DNA of 64,000 nt, taken from positions 160,001 to 224,000 of the forward strand of contig CAXVYR010000002.1 in NCBI GenBank assembly GCA_963666975.2, in the 5' to 3' direction. A program made the translations under genes and the position numbers. The notes under the pieces were generated by a model. That model worked only from the letters and a program-made list of their open reading frames with translations. It did not search any database and was not told the DNA's origin. Each line of letters opens with the position of its first letter. Position 1 is the first letter of the stretch. Source of the DNA: Terriglobia bacterium (GTDB lineage Bacteria; Acidobacteriota; Terriglobia; 2-12-FULL-54-10). Shown here piece after piece: positions 1-9,230 of the stretch.

Positions 1-2
1 CG

Positions 3-758
3 GACGTTTACGAGGGAGCGCCGCACTCGATTACGGCGTTCATGTCGGTGGGGCCCAAGGTGGCTGCCTTTGCGCTTTTGCTGCGTATGTTCCTGGAGCC
101 GCTGGGCTCGCTTCGCGAGCAGTGGGAACCCCTTCTGATCGGGGTCGCCGTGGCGACGATGACGCTGGGGAATCTGGCCGCCATCAGCCAGTCCAATATC
201 AAGCGACTGCTCGGTTACTCTGCCATCTCCCACGTCGGCTACATTCTGCTGGGATTGGTGTCGGGCAATGAAACAGGGCTGAAAGGCATCGCCATCTACC
301 TGCTGGTGTATGTCTTTATGAATCTGGGTATCTTCACGGTGGTTGTAGCCATGCGCCGCCGCGACCTGGTTGGGGATGAGATCAATGACATGGCCGGCTT
401 AATGCACAAAAATCCGGCAATGGCAATTCTGTCGCTGATCTTCCTGCTCTCGCTGGCCGGGATTCCCCCCACGGCGGGATTCCTGGGGAAATATTTTATT
501 TTTCTTTCCCTGCTGGAAACAGGACATTACACTCTGGCAGTGATCGCCGTGCTCTATGTGGCGGTAGCCATCTATTACTATTTCCGAATCGTCGTCGTCA
601 TGTTCATGCAAGCGCCCCTGGACCAGGAGTTGCCCAGCATCTCGATGGGCATTCGCTGGGCGCTGGGCATCACTGCCGCCATGACCCTGCTCATCGGCCT
701 CTATCCCGAACCCTTCATCCAGCTAGCCAGCGGCCCTGTTCTTGCAATATTGCGGTAA
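3..758 (+). CDS. nuoN: NADH-quinone oxidoreductase subunit N, 5'-truncated by the window edge
   Basis: Open frame from nt 3 (DVYEGAP); motifs KRLLGYSAISHVGY and SLAGIPPTAGFLGK; many TM helices. Confidence 0.93.
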   Translation, partial: DVYEGAPHSITAFMSVGPKVAAFALLLRMFLEPLGSLREQWEPLLIGVAVATMTLGNLAAISQSNIKRLLGYSAISHVGYILLGLVSGNETGLKGIAIYLLVYVFMNLGIFTVVVAMRRRDLVGDEINDMAGLMHKNPAMAILSLIFLLSLAGIPPTAGFLGKYFIFLSLLETGHYTLAVIAVLYVAVAIYYYFRIVVVMFMQAPLDQELPSISMGIRWALGITAAMTLLIGLYPEPFIQLASGPVLAILR

Positions 759-836
759 GCGACGACGCGATGAGTTTATGACGTAATAGCCTCCCCTGGG
801 GAACTCAGCCTGTTCCAGCCTTGCCCGCGGTGCCCC

Positions 837-1076
837 ATGCTTCCTCCCGAAGATAAAAATAAAAAAGATAAAAAAGACAAAAACGCCTGGGTCCAAATCG
901 GAAACTACGCCTCGCTGGGGTTCATGCTGCCGGCTTGTACCGTAGTCGGCTATCTGATGGGCTTGGGATTGGACCATCTGTTCCAAACGACTTTTTTGCG
1001 GATTGTGTTCCTGATCCTCGGCATTGTGGCCGGGTTTGTGGAACTCATCCGGATTGTCACCAAAAATGCCGAATAA
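837..1076 (+). CDS. AtpZ/AtpQ-type small F0F1 accessory membrane protein
   Basis: Two TM helices, GYLMGLGLDHLF pattern, first gene of the atp cluster. Confidence 0.8.
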   Translation: MLPPEDKNKKDKKDKNAWVQIGNYASLGFMLPACTVVGYLMGLGLDHLFQTTFLRIVFLILGIVAGFVELIRIVTKNAE

Positions 1077-1539
1077 GGATAGCGTCGAAGAAGGCTCTTC
1101 ACAGATCCCCGCAGCGGAACAGGCTCTCCTGGCTGGCGCCGAGCAACGCATCGCCAAAGGAATTTGGATTTTGGGAATCGTGGGGATCGGAGTTTTCTGT
1201 CTTTGGGGCGGTTTGAGTTGGGGCGCGGGGTTCACGGTCGGTGCAGCCCTCTCGGCGCTGAACTTCCATTGGATGAGGGAAGCCGTCGGCACCCTGGCTG
1301 ATCTTGCTTCCTCCCAAGCGGTCCAGGCGGCCGCTGGCGAACCGCCCCGCCAGCCGAAAACCGCCCGTGTGGTGGCTCGTTTTGTATTGCGCTTCGCGTT
1401 GATCGGGATTGCGGCCTATGTTATATTCAAAAGCTCTTTTATCAGCCTGGGAGCTTTTTTCGCGGGGCTGTTTCTTTTTTTGGCGGCGATACTGGCGGAG
1501 GTCGCCTACCAGGTCTTTGCAGCATTCCGCAGAAGTTAG
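1066..1539 (+). CDS. atpI: ATP synthase subunit I-like membrane protein
   Basis: Four hydrophobic segments, SALNFHWM, directly upstream of atpB; ATG 1066 overlaps the previous gene. Confidence 0.8.
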   Translation: MPNKDSVEEGSSQIPAAEQALLAGAEQRIAKGIWILGIVGIGVFCLWGGLSWGAGFTVGAALSALNFHWMREAVGTLADLASSQAVQAAAGEPPRQPKTARVVARFVLRFALIGIAAYVIFKSSFISLGAFFAGLFLFLAAILAEVAYQVFAAFRRS

Positions 1540-1545
1540 GAAGCA

Positions 1546-2259
1546 ATGGAACATCAGGAATTATGGTTTACGGCGCTGCTGAACTACCTGCTGGGGTTGG
1601 CCGGACTGCACGGGGAAGGTTCCGCCCACCTGATCTCAAACCACCTGGCTATGCAGATCGTGGTGGCGTTGATCATCATGGGCCTGCTCGGGTGGCTGCG
1701 CGGGCGCCTTTCTGCGGACCGTCCGGGGAAAATCCAGCAGATGCTGGAAATGGCGACGGAAGCGTTGAGTTCGCAAAGCGAGGAGATCGTCGGCCATGAC
1801 GGTCCCCGATTTCTGCCGCTTGTGTTCACGCTGGGGATGTTTATCTTTCTCTGCAACATGCTGGGAATCATCCCGGGCTTTGAGACGCCCACCGATCAAG
1901 TTGTTGTCACGGCGGGATGCGCCCTGGTGGCCTTCGTCTATTACAACTACCAGGGTCTGCGCCACCACGGTTTTTTCCGTTATATGAAGACCTTTATGGG
2001 GCCGGTTTGGCCGCTGGCTCCCCTAATGTTCGTGATCGAAATAGTCAGCCATCTCGCCCGGCTGCTTTCGCTCTCCGTGCGATTGTTCGCCAACATGACG
2101 GCGGGCCACAACATTACCCTGATCTTTTTCGGCCTGATTCCGCTCGGCGCGCCGGTTCTATTCGAAGGACTGCATATTTTTGTCGGCACGCTCCAGGCAT
2201 ATATCTTTGCCTTGCTGACCATGGTTTACCTGGCCGGAGCCGTATCCGAAGAACATTAG
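1546..2259 (+). CDS. atpB: F0F1 ATP synthase subunit a
   Basis: SLSVRLFANMTAGH and LQAYIFALLTMVY motifs. Confidence 0.97.
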   Translation: MEHQELWFTALLNYLLGLAGLHGEGSAHLISNHLAMQIVVALIIMGLLGWLRGRLSADRPGKIQQMLEMATEALSSQSEEIVGHDGPRFLPLVFTLGMFIFLCNMLGIIPGFETPTDQVVVTAGCALVAFVYYNYQGLRHHGFFRYMKTFMGPVWPLAPLMFVIEIVSHLARLLSLSVRLFANMTAGHNITLIFFGLIPLGAPVLFEGLHIFVGTLQAYIFALLTMVYLAGAVSEEH

Positions 2260-2290
2260 CACCTGTTTCACAACCTGTTTTTAAGGTATT

Positions 2291-2438
2291 GTCAGGGCAC
2301 GGTTTTAACCGTGCCGGTGGAAGCACAAAAGCTGATGGCTTTAGCCCCTGAGGTGATTTCCATTAAAGCATCCCCTCAGGGACTGAAGCCCTGCATGGAA
2401 ACGACAACCAAGCGGCACGGCTGAAGCCGTGCCCTGAC
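2291..2438. repeat. Long REP/REPIN-like nested palindrome between atpB and atpE
   Basis: gtcagggcacggttttaaccgtgccg pairs with cggcacggctgaagccgtgccctgac; inner ggctttagcccctgagg pairs with cctcagggactgaagcc; degenerate half copy at ~2953-3011. Confidence 0.8.
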
Positions 2439-2525
2439 GACTGCCCGCAGCGTGAGGCTCCACTGCCAGAGGGATGCGGAGCAACCACCCACTGGGGCAA
2501 ATTCAAAAAACGAAAAGGAGCATAG

Positions 2526-2834
2526 ATGAAAAAACTTTTCTGGTATCTGTCAGGCTTCATCCTGTTTGTGACCGCCACTCCGGCTTTTGCGCAATCGCCG
2601 GAAGGCGCCGCCGCCGCAACGAACTGGGTGGCTATCACTTCCGGTTTTGCGATGGCCATTGCCTCTGCGTTTTGCGGCCTCGCCCAAGGAAGGGCCACCG
2701 CCGCCGCTGCCGAAGGCATGGCCCGGAACCCTGGAGCCGCGGCTGCCATCCGGCTGTCGCTGATCCTGGGTCTGGCCTTCATTGAATCGCTGGCCCTCTA
2801 CACCTTCGTGATCATCTTCATCAAGGTTGTATAA
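2526..2834 (+). CDS. atpE: F0F1 ATP synthase subunit c with N-terminal signal-like extension
   Basis: GMARNP loop, FIESLALY with the ion-binding Glu, SD aaggag upstream. Confidence 0.96.
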   Translation: MKKLFWYLSGFILFVTATPAFAQSPEGAAAATNWVAITSGFAMAIASAFCGLAQGRATAAAAEGMARNPGAAAAIRLSLILGLAFIESLALYTFVIIFIKVV

Positions 2835-2915
2835 TCATAAAGGTTGTATAATCGGAGAGTCGTATCGCCAATGCGGCCGGGATGTATGGTCGCATCAGGA
2901 AGCTAGCTTTTCGGA

Positions 2916-3122
2916 CTAGAGCCTGTTTCATAACCCCCTTTAGGGAGCTGTTCAGCACGGTTGGACCGTGCCGAACAGCGCCCCAAAACCCGGCGGCTTA
3001 AGCCACTGAGGTTCTGTCCTGGACATCACCGCTCAATAACACCCCAGCACGCAGAAAGCTGCGCGTTGGGGACCGTCAAAGTGGCCATTGGCGGGAGAAA
3101 GCGTTGGTTGTGAAACAGCCAG
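2916..3122. mobile_element. Non-autonomous MITE-like element with internal palindromes
   Basis: Terminal IR ctgtttcataac ... gttgtgaaacag; starts at CTAG; holds a degenerate copy of the 2291 repeat and the hairpin ccccagcacgcag-aaag-ctgcgcgttgggg. Confidence 0.6.
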
Positions 3123-3293
3123 CAGGCAAGTCGCCTCTCCTCACTGGGAAAAATAATGAGGATACGGCCAGAATGTTGGGCCTTTGTTCCAAGCGGTTAC
3201 AGGCTTAGGACGAAGGCTCTTTTGCATTGATATTGATGCGGATGGAGCTTCCCAGCAGGATTTTAACCGGAGCCAGAGAGGCAAAGGTAATCT

Positions 3294-3662
3294 ATGTCAC
3301 GCATTCTAGTGATCGACGATGATGAAATCGTGAGGGAACTGCTCCTGGATATCCTGGCACATGCAGGATATGAGGTTGTGGAGGCCCGCGATGGCGAGGA
3401 GGGGATTCGGCTCTTCCGCAACGAACCGGCGGACTTGGTCATCACAGACTTGATCATGCCGAATAAAGAGGGGATCGAATCCATTATAGAAATACGGCGC
3501 GACTTCCCTGATGTGACAATCATCGCCATCTCCGGAGGGGGACATATCTCGCCATCCGCTTATCTTGAGATTGCCTCCCGATTCGGCGTCCAGCGTACGT
3601 TCGCCAAGCCTTTTCTTCCGGATAAGATACTAGAGGCCGTACGAGAACTTGTCGGCCCCTGA
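3294..3662 (+). CDS. Single-domain response regulator (CheY-like receiver)
   Basis: ILVIDDD, DLVITDLIMP and FAKPF motifs; 122 aa. Confidence 0.92.
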   Translation: MSRILVIDDDEIVRELLLDILAHAGYEVVEARDGEEGIRLFRNEPADLVITDLIMPNKEGIESIIEIRRDFPDVTIIAISGGGHISPSAYLEIASRFGVQRTFAKPFLPDKILEAVRELVGP

Positions 3663-4919
3663 CACGAATACTCCAGAGACCCCACACGGAGAGGGCAAAC
3701 CGTCCTCTACACGCCCTCGCCGGCAGATTCCCAGGGCGTGGCTGGCAAAAATTTCATCGAGGGCTTTACAGAGGGAATCCACGTGCTTTTTCTCCACGAT
3801 CAGAGGAGGCAGGAAGCGCAGCACGGTGTCGTGCGTGCTGTTGATAATGAACCCGCGGTCCATCGCCATCTGCACGAAAGGACGGCTGGGAATCGTCAGG
3901 TCGATAGCCAGCATCAAACCACGTCCGCGCACCTCGCGGATGAAGGGGTATTTGGCGGCCAGCTCCAGCAGGCGGCGGCGGAAATACTCCCCGGTTTTGC
4001 GGACATTCTTCAGCACCTTCTCTTTTTCGAGCACCGCCAGAAACTCCAGCGCCACACGGCAGGCCAGCGGTCCGCCGCCGAAGGTGCTGCCATGCATCCC
4101 CGGTTGGAACAACGCGCCAATCTCCTCCCGCGCCAGGAAGGCGCCCAGCGGCAGACCGCCCCCCAGCGGCTTGGCCAGCAAAAGAATGTCGGGACGCAGC
4201 CGGTAAGCGTGCGAGGCCAGGTAATCTCCGGTCCGTCCCAAGCCGCACTGGATTTCGTCGCAGATCAGAACGGCGTGGTTGCGGCGCGCCAGGCTGGCGG
4301 CGGCCTCCATGAATTCCCGGCTCATCTCGAAGATGCCGCCCTCGCCCTGGATCGGCTCCACCAGCACCGCGCAGGTATTCTCTGTAATGCAGGCCTCCAG
4401 GTGACCCACATCGTTAAAGCGAGCAAAGCGAAAGCCCGGCACCAGCGGCTCGAATTCTTTGCGGTATTTCTCCTGCCCCGTGGCCGACAGCGCCCCGAAG
4501 GTTCTGCCATGAAAGGAATTTTTGAGCGCCACCACTTCGAACTTTTTCTTGCCCTGGCGGCTGGCATAAAGCCGCGCCAGCTTGATGGCGCCCTCGACGG
4601 CCTCCGTGCCGCTGTTACAAAAAAAGACGCGGTCCATGCCGGTAATCTTGGCCAGCGCCGCCGCCAGCGGACCCTGGTAAGAATGGTAGTAAAGATTGGA
4701 GACATGGATCACCTTGCCCGCCTGTTCCCGCAGCGCCTTGAGAATTCGCGGATGGGAATGGCCGAGCGCGTTCACTCCCAAGCCGGAAACAAAATCCAGA
4801 TATTTTTTGCCTTTGGTGTCCCACACCCAGCAGCCTTTCCCGCGCTCCAGGATGAGCGGAAAGCGTGCGTAGGTCTGCATCAAGAATTTCTTTTCAATTT
4901 CCCGAACGTCTTTTTTCAT
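3630..4919 (-). CDS. argD: Acetylornithine aminotransferase (class III PLP enzyme)
   Basis: NSGTEAVEGAIK, SFHGRT, DEIQCGLGRTG, AKPLGGG, HGSTFGG. Confidence 0.92.
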   Translation of the reverse strand: MKKDVREIEKKFLMQTYARFPLILERGKGCWVWDTKGKKYLDFVSGLGVNALGHSHPRILKALREQAGKVIHVSNLYYHSYQGPLAAALAKITGMDRVFFCNSGTEAVEGAIKLARLYASRQGKKKFEVVALKNSFHGRTFGALSATGQEKYRKEFEPLVPGFRFARFNDVGHLEACITENTCAVLVEPIQGEGGIFEMSREFMEAAASLARRNHAVLICDEIQCGLGRTGDYLASHAYRLRPDILLLAKPLGGGLPLGAFLAREEIGALFQPGMHGSTFGGGPLACRVALEFLAVLEKEKVLKNVRKTGEYFRRRLLELAAKYPFIREVRGRGLMLAIDLTIPSRPFVQMAMDRGFIINSTHDTVLRFLPPLIVEKKHVDSLCKALDEIFASHALGICRRGRVEDGLPSPCGVSGVFVSGADKFSYGL

Positions 4920-5092
4920 GGCGATCCTCCGTCGCTGCGGGCTCTGACACCCAGGCCATACCGAAACACACACTTTTGTCGGTTTCGGGGCAGGGTGTCA
5001 AGAAAATTCTGGCGGAAATTCTGGTAACGAGGCGAGTCCAGTTTCTGTGCTAGAGCCCTATATAGAAAATGCTTAGGCGTGGATTCGGTCTG

Positions 5093-5656
5093 ATGCAACT
5101 TGAAGTCCTCGAACCATGGAAAGCCGAATGGATCGCCGTACTGAAAGAAAACTGGCAGCCGGTCTCGCAAGCGGCGCTCATTGCCTGGCTGGTGTTCTAC
5201 GGCCTGTTCCTGCTGCACGCTCTGACCAACGACAGCGGTTTCCTGCTGATCGACCGCGTCAACCTGATTGTTCACGAAGCGGGACACCTCCTGTTCGGCT
5301 GGTTCGGCCCGGTGCTCGGCCTGTGGGGCGGCACTCTGCTCGAACTGCTTGTGCCGCTGGCGCTGGCTGTGCATTTCGTCTTCCACCGCCACACGACCGG
5401 CGCGGCCTTTGCCTCTTTCTTTCTGTTTGAAAATCTCCTCTACATCGCCACATATATGGCGGATGCCCGCGCGCAATCTCTGCCCCTGATCACGGTCGGC
5501 GATCCCGGAGCAGGCGCGCATGACTGGTTCAACATCTTCGCCCGCCTGGGATTGCTGCAACAGGATACTGCGATCGCCTGCGTGGTCCGGACGGCGGGCT
5601 GGATCGGCATGTTGGGAACCGTGGCGTGGCTGGTGAGACGGGCGAGAGCCGCCTGA
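5093..5656 (+). CDS. Membrane protein with HExxH motif (M50B-like metallopeptidase candidate)
   Basis: Multiple TM segments, VHEAGH, downstream HDW. Confidence 0.6.
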   Translation: MQLEVLEPWKAEWIAVLKENWQPVSQAALIAWLVFYGLFLLHALTNDSGFLLIDRVNLIVHEAGHLLFGWFGPVLGLWGGTLLELLVPLALAVHFVFHRHTTGAAFASFFLFENLLYIATYMADARAQSLPLITVGDPGAGAHDWFNIFARLGLLQQDTAIACVVRTAGWIGMLGTVAWLVRRARAA

Positions 5657-5689
5657 TTCCGCCTCGCTCACAACACACAGCCGCTTTCT

Positions 5690-6184
5690 TCACCGGGTCC
5701 TGCGAAACCGGAAGACCAATCGAACCGTCCACACCGCGGTGAAGGCCAGATAAGGCCCCAAAATGAACCAAAAGGCGTTGTTGGAAAAGGCTCGCCCTTC
5801 CGCCAGGTTCGTATGAATCACCAATTGAACGATACAGAAACCAAACAGCAAAGTGGCGCACCCGAACCAGCGCAACTGCTTTTCCAGGAAGGCAACCGTC
5901 TCAGCCCGCCTGCCCACTGCCATCCAATATCCCTTGTTGGGGAGGTTGATCCACGGCACCCGCAAGTGGAACAGTATGGGCGGGACGATGAAAAAGACCA
6001 GCGTCATCAAGACAAGCAGTCCGGCGTGAAGGCTGAAAAACGCGTCTTTGGACATCCAGCCGTTTGGCTGGCCGTGTCCGTCAAATTGGGATGCGAGCGT
6101 TTGCGGAAGCTGCGGGTAGTAATAGATACTCTGGACAGCCATTGCTGCCAGAAGAAGCACCAAACCCCAACGCTCTAACTTCAT
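5690..6184 (-). CDS. DUF1648-type membrane protein
   Basis: YPQLPQTLASQFDGHGQPNGWMSK after TM1; four TM helices. Confidence 0.75.
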   Translation of the reverse strand: MKLERWGLVLLLAAMAVQSIYYYPQLPQTLASQFDGHGQPNGWMSKDAFFSLHAGLLVLMTLVFFIVPPILFHLRVPWINLPNKGYWMAVGRRAETVAFLEKQLRWFGCATLLFGFCIVQLVIHTNLAEGRAFSNNAFWFILGPYLAFTAVWTVRLVFRFRRTR

Positions 6185-6683
6185 CGCCTGAGCTTCCTAC
6201 GCCTTTGCACCCACACCGTCTGTTGCCCATCTGCAATGGAACCAGCAATGCGGCCCCCGCCTTTTTCGGAATCTGCAAGCAGCCTCTTTGGCAGCCGGAC
6301 AGTCTACTTTACCCGATCCCATGCATTGTTGTTAGCAAGTTAAAATGTCCGGTATTTGTAGCAAGTGAAATGTCCGGTTTCATGATCCTACCGAGAGTGG
6401 TTTGGCGCTGACCGAAGGAGCCCGTAGGGCGACTGAGGTGAGCGCCGAATGGTGTCGTCGGGAAGCCACGGGGCTCCGCCGCCGGCCACCGCACCGGATC
6501 GCCACCCCCTCGGAGGAGTAGCGACCCACCGTATGCGGTCCATAGCCAATGCTCAACGTCCCATCCAGGTGTTCATAGACGGTCACACGGCAGCCCGCCA
6601 GAGTCCCGCGCCAGGGAGTTTTCTCGATCTGGAGGAGGCGGTTCTCCAGACTGACCGTATTGTCCCGATTCACTACCCGTTCG

Positions 6684-8132
6684 GAGGGTGTCCCATACAT
6701 AGTTGAAGGTTGAACGGCGGTTCGGCCCGAATCGAATAGAATCGGGCCAAGCCTAAATCCTATAGAAGGAGAACCGCCGAATGAAGGGAAAATATCACGT
6801 TTTGGAACTGGGTTCCAAGGGAGCCGAAGAAACCATCCAGAAGTTTTGCCAAACCAACGGACAGATGCTGTTGCCGGTGGTGGATCTGATCACGGAGGCG
6901 CGTCTGGCGGTGGATGAGGTGATTGATCGGGCCGGGCGAGGTTTGATTGAAACGATTCTGAGCATGAGCGCAGAGCAAATCGCGGGGCCAAAGAGTCCCG
7001 GGAAGGCGAGCGGAGAGGTGCGCTGGCATGGCCGGCAATTGGGGAGGGTGAAACTGGCCGATCGCCAGCTGCGGGTGGAGCGGCCCCGGCTGCGCCGGAA
7101 GGGCGGAGGGGAAGAAGCGGTGCCGGCCTACGAAGCGCTGCGGAAAAGCGAGAAGACGGGCGAGGAGATGTTCGAGGCACTGTTGAAAGGGGTTTCGACG
7201 CGGAACTACCGCGAGGTGATCCCGGAGATGGCCAACAGCGCTGGGGTGTCGAAGTCTCAGGTGAGCCGGGAAGCGGCCGAGCAAGGAGCGCGGCGGCTGG
7301 AAGAACTGTTGGCGCGGCGCTGGGAGGAGGTCGAGATTCTGGTGATTTACCTGGACGGAATGCGGTTCGGCTCCCACCACGTCATCAGCGCCGTGGGCGT
7401 GGACAGCGAGGGCCGCAAGCATGTGCTGGGGATTCAACTGGGCGCGACCGAAAACGCCGCTGCGGTGAAAGACCTTCTCACCCGCCTGCGCCAGCAAGGT
7501 CTGCGCACGGATCAGCGCTATCTGTTTGTGATCGACGGCGCCAAAGCGCTCCGCGCGGGGATCGAGGAAGTATTCGGCAGCAATCAGCTGGTGCAGCGTT
7601 GCCGTACTCATAAGCTGCGCAACGTGGCTGAGCGGTTACCAAAGGGCGACAAAATGCTGGCGAATCAGGTGCGGTCGCTGATGCGCGCCGCCTGGCGATT
7701 GCCCCAAGCCGAGGAAGGCATCGTGCGCATAAAGAAGCTCGCTGGGATGATCGAGTGCGATCATCCGGCAGCAGCCGCCAGCTTGCGCGAAGGGTTGGAG
7801 GAGACCTTTACGATCAATCGAGCCGACGTTCCTCCCAGCCTCCACCGCTGCCTGGCAACCACGAACCTCATCGAGAGCCCGCAGTCGGGCGTGCGGAAAA
7901 AGACTGGCAATGTTTGCCGCTGGCGCGACGGCGAGATGACGTTGCGCTGGGTGGCAGGAGCGTTTCTGCTGACCGAGAAGAATTTCCGGAAGATCATGGG
8001 TTATCACGATCTCTGGGCTTTGGCATCGATTCTCGGCCGAAGTCCAAACGCTGCTTCCTCTCACAAGGAGAAAGTGGCGTAATATGAACTCAACCCGCCG
8101 TCCCAACCTGCAACTGAGTTTGGGACACCTTC
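6684..8132 (+). mobile_element. IS256-family element, copy 1 (1449 bp)
   Basis: IRs gagggtgtccca / tgggacaccttc; 8-bp target duplication cccgttcg at 6676-6683 and 8133-8140. Confidence 0.95.
6781..8082 (+). CDS. IS256-family (mutator-type) transposase, intact
   Basis: GVSTR, IYLDG, VIDGAKAL, QRCRTHKLRN, TTNLIES. Confidence 0.95.
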   Translation: MKGKYHVLELGSKGAEETIQKFCQTNGQMLLPVVDLITEARLAVDEVIDRAGRGLIETILSMSAEQIAGPKSPGKASGEVRWHGRQLGRVKLADRQLRVERPRLRRKGGGEEAVPAYEALRKSEKTGEEMFEALLKGVSTRNYREVIPEMANSAGVSKSQVSREAAEQGARRLEELLARRWEEVEILVIYLDGMRFGSHHVISAVGVDSEGRKHVLGIQLGATENAAAVKDLLTRLRQQGLRTDQRYLFVIDGAKALRAGIEEVFGSNQLVQRCRTHKLRNVAERLPKGDKMLANQVRSLMRAAWRLPQAEEGIVRIKKLAGMIECDHPAAAASLREGLEETFTINRADVPPSLHRCLATTNLIESPQSGVRKKTGNVCRWRDGEMTLRWVAGAFLLTEKNFRKIMGYHDLWALASILGRSPNAASSHKEKVA

Positions 8133-9230
8133 CCCGTTCGTGCTGGATCGAGAAGATGCGGTCTAACTCCCGTCTGGCTGGCGGCAAAAAGGCGCTGCCC
8201 GGTTGGGCGGTCGGCACGGCAAAGCGCCGATTGAACTCCCCGATATAGCCCTCCCGCAGGAACCCATTCGCTGCCTCGACCGTAGTAATCTCCCGCAGGC
8301 GCAACTCTTGTGGTAGCCGCCCTTGCCAAGTCCCGAAATTCCGCTCGCCACGTCCTCGCGCCTGCGGCGAGTAGGCCGGAATCATCTGAATGCCCAGATC
8401 CCGCAGTGCACGGCCCACCTGGGTCGGCCGTTGCCGATCGACCAGATCACCCGCCTTTCGGGTCAGGAAGAAATGACTGGCCCGGTCGCTATAGAGGGCG
8501 CAAAAGATCCCCTGCTGCTCGACCACCTCCCGCAGGGCAGCCAGCACCGTCCGCGTCGATTCCTGCTCCACCAGTTGCGCATAGTAAATCTCGCTGCTGG
8601 CATCATCCAGAACCACCAGCAGGTCATACCAGCGATCATCGACAAACCACTGATGTTGGCTCCCATCCAGATGCAGCAGCATCCCCGGCAACGGCCGCCG
8701 GGGCCGCCGCTGGCGGTGCACGCCCCGCTTCCGCCTCTTGTTTACCAACCCCGCCCCCTGCAACGCCAGCTTCACCCACGTATAGCTCAGCCGGAGGCCG
8801 TGCTCCTCCCGCAGCTTCTCGTGAAAGTGCCGCACGTTGAAGTCAAAGTACTTCTCCTGATACAGCCCCAGCACCTTCTCCACCGTCCCCAGGGGTACTC
8901 GCCGCGGACTCGGCTTTCCCCGCCGCCGGTCCAAACAGCCCGTCGTAGCCGTACTGCTCGTACCGGCTGCGCCACCGCCGCATCTGCCGGTCGCTGATCC
9001 CGATGATCTCGGCTGCCTGCCACCAGTTGATCCGCTTCCCTATCGCTCGCAAGATTACTTCTTGTATCTTCATTGCCCGCTCCATCGCGGCCCTCGGGTA
9101 TGACTCCATCTCCACCTCCTGGATAGATGCTCTTACCCCAGACCGCCTTCTAAGCGGACACTTCACTTGCTATTTCCACCGGACATATCATGTGCTAACG
9201 ACATAAAACTCTGGGTAAAGTTGAAAGGTT

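Larger units (their letters stand above)
6380..9109 (-). pseudogene. ISNCY/IS1202-type DDE transposase, frameshifted near 8932 and split by IS256
   Basis: HTH N-terminus (9109-8935), then a frame change to the LHLDGS, YSDRAS and SPQARGRGER core; C-terminus resumes in frame past the IS256 (SIQHER/VVNRDNTV). Confidence 0.88.
6327..9203 (-). mobile_element. IS1202/ISNCY-type insertion sequence, interrupted by IS256
   Basis: TGT...ACA ends with ~50-bp imperfect IRs, each with two tandem tagcaagt(g/t)aa..tgtccg motifs; no target duplication seen. Confidence 0.85.

Noticed and set aside
7636-8934. 432-aa ORF as an intact transposase
   Set aside because: Chimera of the IS1202-type core and antisense IS256 sequence.
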